From the NCBI GenBank assembly GCA_038207335.1, contig JBBQZX010000008.1:96001-160000 (forward strand): 64,000 nucleotides of DNA, written 5' to 3'. The notes under the pieces were generated by a model. That model did not search any database. It had not been told where the DNA came from and was given only the letters and a program-made list of their open reading frames with translations. Position 1 is the stretch's first letter. Every line of letters starts with the position of its first letter. The position numbers were made by a program, and so were the translations under genes. Of this stretch, positions 58,801 to 64,000 are shown in pieces. The stretch is from Chthoniobacterales bacterium (GTDB lineage: Bacteria; Verrucomicrobiota; Verrucomicrobiia; Chthoniobacterales; Chthoniobacteraceae).

Positions 58801-61800
58801 TCGCGCTGGCAAGTCGGTGAGCGGGGCCGGCGACGTGAACGGCGACGGGATCGACGACCTGCTCGTCGGAGCATACGGGAACGCCTCCTTGGCCGGCGCG
58901 AGCTACGTCGTTTACGGGCAGCGTGCCCTGATCGCCGCCGCGCCGACGGGAGCGGATCTCGAAGTGACGCTCGTCAACGGCGATCTGGTCATCACCGATC
59001 TCGTCGGGAGCGGCGAGGCCATCTCGATCCAATCCGACGTCGCCAATAACCGGTTCATCATCCTCGCCCCCGACAATTCGCTGGGATTCACAAACGTGCT
59101 CGGCGCGACCCTCAGCGCCGACCTGCACACGATCACCGTCCCTTTTTCCACGGTGAACGGGACGACGCTTTTCGTAAATCTGGCGGACGGCGACGACACG
59201 CTGACCGTCGATTTCTCGCTCGGGAATTTCAGCAAACAGATCAACTACGACGGAGGCTCGAACACCTCGATCGGCGACAGCCTCGAATTAGTCGGCGGCG
59301 GCACCTTTTCGGCGGCGACCTTCACTTTTGATGACCTCTACTCCGGCAGCATCGACATCATCGGCACGTCGAAAATTTTCTACGCCGGGCTCGAGCCGAT
59401 CTATTCCAGCATCACCGCCAGCAGCACCACCCTGCAATACGGCGACGCCGACGATATCATCACGGTGACCGACGCGGGCGGCGGTTTTACGACGGTGACC
59501 TCGACCGCGGGCGAAACGCTCACGTTCGTGAACCCGATCTACGCCCCTTTCCCGAACACCGGCTCGCTCACGATCCTCGGCGGCGGCGGCGCGGACACGA
59601 TCAACGTGAATTCGCTCGACGCGAACTTCAACGCGGAGCTCTACGTCGACACGCAGGGCGGAGGCGCGGACAACGTGAACCTCGCCGCGGGCCTACCGGC
59701 GTTGCGCGGGTTGGTCGTGGCTACTGAATTCCTCGGGACGCTGCCGGCACTGACGATCAACGGGCCGAGGGGACTCGAAGTGACCGTCTTCCAAAGCGGC
59801 GTGAACATCGGCGGGACGATCGATGCGACGGGCTTTAGCGTGAACTTCGATGTGAACGGCACGATCACCAGCGCGGCCGGGACAGTGGTGAAGGCGCTCG
59901 GCGTCGGCGCGACGGCGGTGTCCGGGATCGATCTCCTGACGGACGCGGATTTCCTGAGCGCGCGGATTGTCAACGGACAGCTCAGGTTGGAAGAGGCGGG
60001 GTCCGTCGGGATTAGCGATCTCGACGCGGGCAGCGGCGAGATCGTTTTGCTCGGAGGTACTTTTACACTGATCAGAAACGACGTCCTGCACGATGCGAGC
60101 GCGATCAGTATTAGTAACGCGACGCTCGACCTCGGAGCCTTCCACGACACGGTGACGGGCGTGACGCTGATTAGCGGGCGGATCGCCGGGACCGGGAGAC
60201 TCACGAGCGTGGACACGGGCAGCAGCACGGGCGGCTTCACCCTCCTCTCGGGTTCTGTGGACGCAGAGCTCGCAGGCACCGGGCCGATCATCAAGCTCGG
60301 GGCGGACACGGTATCCCTCGAGAACAATGGCAACTCCTTCATCGGCCAAGTCACGATCCTCGGCGGCGTCCTCCAGGTGGCCGGCGACGGCGCGCTCGGC
60401 GACTACACGAACGCGGTTTCTTTCGCCGGCGGCACGCTGCGCACGCTCACCGCATTCACGAGTGGCCGTTCCTTTTTGCAGGACAACGGGAACGGGATCG
60501 TCGACGTCGCCGGGCCGAGCCTGACGCTCCTCGGCGTGACCGATCCCGCCGCTCAGGCCAGCCTGCTCGCGAACAAACTTGGCACCGGCACGCTGCGGTT
60601 CGCGACCGTGTTCGACCCCAACCCAGCGAACGCTGGCGCTCGGGCGACGATCATCAACGGCGCCTCGATCGCGGTCCGCGGCGGCGGCAACGCAACGGTG
60701 AATCTCGTGACGATCAACGGCGTGACGGTCATCGACACGATCACGCTCAACAACACCGACAGCCGGAGCACTCTCACTCTAAAAAATCCGAACCCGGCGG
60801 GCGCACCGATCGTCATCGGCCACATTGTCAGCTCGGACCCGAACCAGCAGGTAGGCTCGATCTTCCTGGGTCCCGGCATCATCCTCGGCGACGGCGCGAT
60901 CGACTCGGTGCCGGAAATCGATATCGCCGGCAAGATCGGCAAACTTCAGCTCGATCAAATCAGCACCGGCGCACTCGTCCGCATCGGCACCGGCCTGCCT
61001 TACAATGTCACCAAGGCGAATGGCCGGCCCGACACGCGGACGCCCGACACGTATAATTTTCATCCGACTCTGACTGTCGAAAAGGTTCTGGGGCCGGGCG
61101 TGATCATCGACGTGACGGGGAATGGCCTTGGCCCCGACGAAGGCGGCATCGGCGGCGGAGGACTCGGCAAAGTGACCTTCGGCGAATGGGCGTTTCCCGG
61201 CAAAATCAAGACCACGCAAAGCATCGAGAAACTCACGGTGAAGAACGGCGATTTTTTCGCGTCGCTCGAGGTCGATAAATTTCACAAAGGCGAATTGACG
61301 ACCGCAAATGTCGGCGCAATCGCGATCGTCAATGGCGCGTGGGGCGGCTCCGGCACTGAGATCGAGGGGAACGTGAAGTCGTTCAACGCCAACGAGTTTC
61401 TCGCCGGAGCGACGCTGCAGGCGGGCAGCATGGGCAAGGCGAAAACGGATGCCGGGGACTTCGCCGGTACGATCATCCTGAGCGATCCGGATTCGAAATC
61501 GCTTCCGGTGTTCACGGTGAAATCGAACTTCACCGGCACCGTGATGTCGGAAGGGTCGCTCGGCAAAATCGCGGTGAAGGGCGATTTCAGCGGCTCACTC
61601 GAGGCACTGTTCATCGGCGCGATCAGCGCGTTTTCATTCACCGGCGCGGACGGCGGCAGCAGCATCACTGCGACGATGGGCTCGCTCGGCACGCTCACAG
61701 CCTCGGCGGGTGCCGTGAAGGATTTCACGATCGTCACGCCGCTGGCTTTTGGAGGGCTCAACGTGAAGCTCTCGAAGGTCGTCGGCGACATGGCGGGCAT

Positions 61801-62983
61801 CGACAACGTCAGCCTCACCGCCGCTTCGATCGGGAAGATCAGCGTGAGCCTCGGCGCTTTGAATGGGACGAGCGGCGCCAATCTCCTCGGCATCCGCGAC
61901 AGCGAATTCATCACGACGGGCACCGGCACGACGAAGCAGGAGCTCGGCAGCATCGGAAATGTGAGCGTCAAACTTGCGGGTGTCTCCGGGGGCGCGTCTG
62001 CGATCGGCATTCAAAATTCAACGTTCGACGCGCGGGTGGTGGCCGGGGAATTCGGCCTGAACGCCTCGACGGTGAATCCGCTCGGCTCGATCGCGGTGAA
62101 GGTCACAGGCAGCGGCGGCGGGACGATTGGGCTCGATCGCGTGACGTTCGAGGGCGACACGATCGGCGCCGCGAAAGTGACGGTCGGCGCCGCGAGCGGC
62201 GGCACCGCGCACGCCGCGGAGACGGTGGCATTCACCGCGACGCGGAGCATTGGCGCGCTCACCTTCGACGGCGACGCCACGAGTGCGCAGGTCACGGGTT
62301 TGCTGGTGAACGCTGGATGGGCGGTCGGCGCGGTTTCGGTGAAATCGAAGGACTCCGCGCAGGGAAGTCTCGTGGACAGCGCGATCCTCTCCGGCCAAAA
62401 ACTCGATCTCAACAATCTCGCCGCCGCGGCAAAAGACGTCCTCGACGAGCTGAAACGCGGCACCCTCGGTGCGATCAAACTCACCGGTTCGCTCCTGAAT
62501 TCCAAACTCGTCTCCGCCAGCAATATCGCCGCGATCACCGTCGGCGGAAACGCCAGCGATTCGCTCATCCTCGCGGGCGCGCGGCTCGGCGGCGACTTCG
62601 AGATCGACGGCAACGAGCTCTACACGCGCGCCGCAGCGATCGCTGCCGTCACCGTGAACGGCTCGCTCGCGCGCACCTCCATCGCCGCCGGCGTGAATCC
62701 GGGCAACGCCAGCTTTGGCGAAGCCGACGACGTCGCCGGCGCGGTCCACACCCAGCTCACCGCCGCCGCCTCCAGCAGCTTCATCGGGAACGTGAAAATC
62801 GGACTCGGCACCGCCCCGGCGGCGGCGGCGCTGGCGCACTTTTTTGCCATCGAAGCAGCATCGATCAAGTCCTTCAAAATCGGCGCAGCCGCTGCGGTGA
62901 AAATCTTCGAGCCGTCGCTCTTCCTGAGCGCCGGCGGCGGAGCAGAAGCAGCCGCGGATATCGGCCTGCGCTTGATCGCATGA
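52841..62983 (+). CDS. Giant (3380 aa) secreted/surface protein: planctomycete-type LEPR-XLL-like N-terminal motif, 28 FG-GAP (integrin-alpha-like) repeats, beta-strand-rich C-terminal stalk
   Basis: RRQLTGIEPLEARIAPA; 28 GD[VIMF]NGDG-x-D-x-IGA units; autotransporter-associated beta-strand-like repeat IIKLGADTVSL...F-GQVTILGGVLQV (about 60287-60379). Confidence 0.9.
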   Translation: MRTTISFTPRSRRQLTGIEPLEARIAPAFGAVINLADLTGADGFKVRGVADSDFSGYSVSDAGDVNGDGFADVLIGAVRADEGGVNRGASYVVFGKTGGFGASFDLAALNGINGFKVSGVADNDASGRAVSAAGDVNGDGFADLIIGADSADSARGAAYVVFGHAGAFIPALSLSTLSGTDGFKISGAAFSDRAGISVSGAGDVNGDGFDDVIIGAPQANGSGAAYLVFGHAGGFTSVVALSTLGGTDGFKLSGVGSADQAGFAVGAAGDVNGDGFGDVIIGARFANEGGSDRGAAYVVFGKAGGFAASISLSALAGTDGFKLSGVANNDLAGTAVSAAGDMNGDGFGDLIIGADVALVGANARGTAYVVFGKASFTAQVALASLNGTSGFALTGAGNYDHTAFSVAGAGDINGDGFADVIVGAKYAAEGGTLRGASYVVFGKKSSFNPTLALSALDGTNGFKLRGVANGDESGYSVSGVGDVNGDGLADLIIGALSADEGGAGSNRGASYIVFGRAEATPTPFGSILNLSDLTAGKGLKLLGEASGDGSGYSVSSAGDINGDGIDDVIVGARFVNTTGGIQSGASYVVFGSSAGFPASLNFSALTGSNGFKISGAAAYDFSGRSVSAAGDINGDGIDDLIIGADQADANGNANSGASYIVFGSRAAFAANLDLSALNGSNGFKLSGEAANDISGKSVSGAGDINGDGIGDLIIGAPGTDQHGNYTGTSYVVFGSRAGFAPNVNLSALNGSNGFKIIGTSVYDGSGASVSGAGDINGDGIDDLIIGAVPGGNASYVVFGSRAAFPATLDLATPLSGVNGFKVSGAAANDSAGFSVSAGGDINGDGIDDVIIGAYHADPHGNNSGASYVVFGSRAGFAANVNLSALTGLNGFRLAGGAAFDYAGFSVSGAGDINGDGIDDLIVGAPEASPNGGYSGASYIVFGSRAGFGPTMDLSKLTAAAGFKLEGAAAGDRAGNSVRGAGDFNGDGIGDLIVGAPLSDPSGSTSGTSYIVFGHRAPAVPRVFAPAIDLSSLTGTTGFKLTGVADGDNAGGSVRSAGDVNGDGFDDLIIGAIFADEGGVGNANRGATYVVFGKAGGFGTNGVFALGSLDGTNGFKLSGVADGDLSGFSVSAAGDVNGDGFDDVIIGARNADNNRGASYVIFGKSSFVATPTPGFAIALSALDGTNGFKLSGVANYDNSGSSVSTAGDVNGDGFDDVIIGARYAAEGGNRRGASYVVFGKAGGFGTNGVFALSALDGTNGFKLSGVANSDFAGYSVSTAGDVNGDGFDDLIIGAQNADEGGVDRGASYVVFGKASFSATAGTLALATLNGTNGFKLSGVADNDRAGISVSAAGDVNGDGFDDLVIGAEGANEGGIDRGAGYVVFGRSDFSATAGTFALSALDGSNGFKLSGAADNNRAGHAVSAAGDVNGDGFDDLIIGAYRADEGGSDRGATYVVFGKAGGFIATRVLSALDGSSGFKLSGVADQDESGYSVSAAGDVNGDGLADFIIGAPHATEGVSVPGTSYVIFGRPSAARAPIAPVVNLANLTGIDGTKFQGVAAGDDAGFSVSEAGDINGDGIGDLIIGAIGASANGTFSGTSYVVFGSLAGFARTLNLANLSGPDGFKIQGEAAGDLSGQVVSKAGDINGDGIDDLIISAPAAAPSGSQSGASYVVFGSRAGFGPIFNLSALTGANGFKISGQTAGDRSGISVSEAGDINGDGIGDLIVGADSASPNGSQSGASYVVFGSRAAFGAALQLSSLTPAQGFKIQGEATQDFAGISVSSAGDFNGDGIGDLLIGASGTNANGGDAGAGYVVFGSRAGFGSALNLSSLTGPNGFKIKGESAYDGFGVSVSGIGDMNGDGLADIVVGANILGEQGQNHGDSYVIFGTRANVGATLDLTSLTGANGFKIVRAAINDYSGFAVSGAGDINGDGIGDLIIGAPRSAPNGASSGTSYVIFGTRAGFGPTLDLASLAGANGFQLQGGAASDRAGKSVSGAGDVNGDGIDDLLVGAYGNASLAGASYVVYGQRALIAAAPTGADLEVTLVNGDLVITDLVGSGEAISIQSDVANNRFIILAPDNSLGFTNVLGATLSADLHTITVPFSTVNGTTLFVNLADGDDTLTVDFSLGNFSKQINYDGGSNTSIGDSLELVGGGTFSAATFTFDDLYSGSIDIIGTSKIFYAGLEPIYSSITASSTTLQYGDADDIITVTDAGGGFTTVTSTAGETLTFVNPIYAPFPNTGSLTILGGGGADTINVNSLDANFNAELYVDTQGGGADNVNLAAGLPALRGLVVATEFLGTLPALTINGPRGLEVTVFQSGVNIGGTIDATGFSVNFDVNGTITSAAGTVVKALGVGATAVSGIDLLTDADFLSARIVNGQLRLEEAGSVGISDLDAGSGEIVLLGGTFTLIRNDVLHDASAISISNATLDLGAFHDTVTGVTLISGRIAGTGRLTSVDTGSSTGGFTLLSGSVDAELAGTGPIIKLGADTVSLENNGNSFIGQVTILGGVLQVAGDGALGDYTNAVSFAGGTLRTLTAFTSGRSFLQDNGNGIVDVAGPSLTLLGVTDPAAQASLLANKLGTGTLRFATVFDPNPANAGARATIINGASIAVRGGGNATVNLVTINGVTVIDTITLNNTDSRSTLTLKNPNPAGAPIVIGHIVSSDPNQQVGSIFLGPGIILGDGAIDSVPEIDIAGKIGKLQLDQISTGALVRIGTGLPYNVTKANGRPDTRTPDTYNFHPTLTVEKVLGPGVIIDVTGNGLGPDEGGIGGGGLGKVTFGEWAFPGKIKTTQSIEKLTVKNGDFFASLEVDKFHKGELTTANVGAIAIVNGAWGGSGTEIEGNVKSFNANEFLAGATLQAGSMGKAKTDAGDFAGTIILSDPDSKSLPVFTVKSNFTGTVMSEGSLGKIAVKGDFSGSLEALFIGAISAFSFTGADGGSSITATMGSLGTLTASAGAVKDFTIVTPLAFGGLNVKLSKVVGDMAGIDNVSLTAASIGKISVSLGALNGTSGANLLGIRDSEFITTGTGTTKQELGSIGNVSVKLAGVSGGASAIGIQNSTFDARVVAGEFGLNASTVNPLGSIAVKVTGSGGGTIGLDRVTFEGDTIGAAKVTVGAASGGTAHAAETVAFTATRSIGALTFDGDATSAQVTGLLVNAGWAVGAVSVKSKDSAQGSLVDSAILSGQKLDLNNLAAAAKDVLDELKRGTLGAIKLTGSLLNSKLVSASNIAAITVGGNASDSLILAGARLGGDFEIDGNELYTRAAAIAAVTVNGSLARTSIAAGVNPGNASFGEADDVAGAVHTQLTAAASSSFIGNVKIGLGTAPAAAALAHFFAIEAASIKSFKIGAAAAVKIFEPSLFLSAGGGAEAAADIGLRLIA

Positions 62984-63032
62984 GCACGCGCGCGCTCGCC
63001 AAGTCGCCTCCGGCCCGCTTTTTTCGCACCCG

Positions 63033-64000
63033 ATGACACAACCGCAGCTCGAGATGAGCGGCTCGCGCAACTTCACTTCGTGGCTGCGCGAACAGCGCGC
63101 GTCCCTCGCCTTCACGACCTACCAGACCGGCAAACTTTTCCTGCTCGGCGTGCGGCCGGACGGAAAGCTCTCGGTCTTCGAGCGCACCTTTGAGCGGTGC
63201 ATGGGGCTCGCCGTTTCGCCCGATGCGCAGACGCTTTGGATGAGCTCGATTTACCAGCTCTGGCGCTTCGAAAACGCGCTGCCCACCGGCACCGACGCGC
63301 CCGGCGGATTCGATCGGCTCTACGTCCCGCAGCTCGGCTACACCACCGGCGACGTGGACGCGCACGACATCGCGCTGGCAGTGCCGATTGAAGCAGAAGC
63401 GCGCGCGTCGGGGTCCCCGTCGCCAATCTTCGTCAACACCCTCTTCTCCTGCCTCGCCGCCCCGAGCGCGACCCACAGCTTTCGCCCCGTCTGGCGTCCG
63501 CCCTTCATTTCGCGGCTCGCCGCGGAAGATCGCTGCCACCTGAACGGCCTCGCACTCCGCGATGGCGCGCCCGCTTTCGTCACCGCCGTGAGCACGACCG
63601 ATGTGCATGAAGGCTGGCGCGAAAAGAGGCGCGATGGCGGCGTGATCATTGACGTGCCGAGCGGCGAAATCGTCGCGCGCGGACTCTCGATGCCGCATTC
63701 TCCGCGACTGCACGACGGCCGGCTTTTCGTGCTGAACAGCGGCGCGGGCGAGTTCTGCACCGTCGATTTCGCGACCGGAAAAACCGATCCGATCTGCTTC
63801 TGCCCCGGCTACGCGCGCGGGCTCGCAATGCTCGGAAATTTCGCAGTCATCGGCCTCTCGACCTGCCGCGAGAATCGCACTTTTTCCGGACTCCCGCTCG
63901 ACGACGCGCTCGCCGCGAAAGACGTGCAACCGCGCTGCGGCCTGCTCGTCGTCGATCTCCGCACCGGCGACATCGCGCACTCGCTCACGATCGAGGGCGT
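63033..64000 (+). CDS. TIGR03032/DUF4915 family protein (runs off the window; absent from the ORF track)
   Basis: MTQPQLEMSGSRNFTSWLREQRASLAFTTYQTGKLFLLG, RCMGL, TGDVDAHD, VNTLFSCL, EDRCHLNGLA, GLSMPHSPR, FCPGYARGL. Confidence 0.85.
   Translation, partial: MTQPQLEMSGSRNFTSWLREQRASLAFTTYQTGKLFLLGVRPDGKLSVFERTFERCMGLAVSPDAQTLWMSSIYQLWRFENALPTGTDAPGGFDRLYVPQLGYTTGDVDAHDIALAVPIEAEARASGSPSPIFVNTLFSCLAAPSATHSFRPVWRPPFISRLAAEDRCHLNGLALRDGAPAFVTAVSTTDVHEGWREKRRDGGVIIDVPSGEIVARGLSMPHSPRLHDGRLFVLNSGAGEFCTVDFATGKTDPICFCPGYARGLAMLGNFAVIGLSTCRENRTFSGLPLDDALAAKDVQPRCGLLVVDLRTGDIAHSLTIEG

Noticed and set aside
52924..58925. About 200-bp periodic DNA repeats as a CRISPR array or DGR
   Set aside because: Repeats are in-frame, degenerate at third positions and protein-coding; no cas or reverse transcriptase gene is present

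Overview
High-GC bacterial chromosome segment, most consistent with Verrucomicrobiota (Chthoniobacter/Spartobacteria-like). This is an inference from the 614-aa PVC-type GreA, an 'IEPLEARIAPA' N-terminal export motif and GTAG-type REP palindromes. 1-26.5 kb is a large surface-glycan locus: DegT aminotransferase, Wzy- and Wzx-like membrane proteins, five GT4s, one GT2 with a GT-C-like membrane protein, four methyltransferases, gmd, two CDP-tyvelose-epimerase-like enzymes, an epimerase-SDR-Gfo/Idh/MocA trio and an hddA-hddC-gmhA-gmhB-transaldolase heptose-type operon. 26.6-41.3 kb holds a Tat-exported GH51-like hydrolase, long GreA, a PAS hybrid kinase, tatC, an ECF sigma plus anti-sigma/VWA pair, a sensor-less kinase, a frameshifted response regulator, argA and an SSS transporter. 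41.3-52.6 kb holds a probable oriC, dnaA-dnaN, tRNA-Leu(CAG), ilvN, arsR-aquaporin-arsC, a lactonase, yicC-gmk-coaC, a 78-aa histone-H1-like gene, suhB and recA. 52.8-64 kb holds a 3380-aa protein with exactly 28 FG-GAP blades (four 7-bladed propellers in A-B-A-B order), followed by a TIGR03032/DUF4915-like gene that is missing from the ORF track. This last pair is the best candidate for an uncharacterised system. No CRISPR array, rRNA, integrase or transposase was seen. All family assignments come from motif recognition, not database searches.
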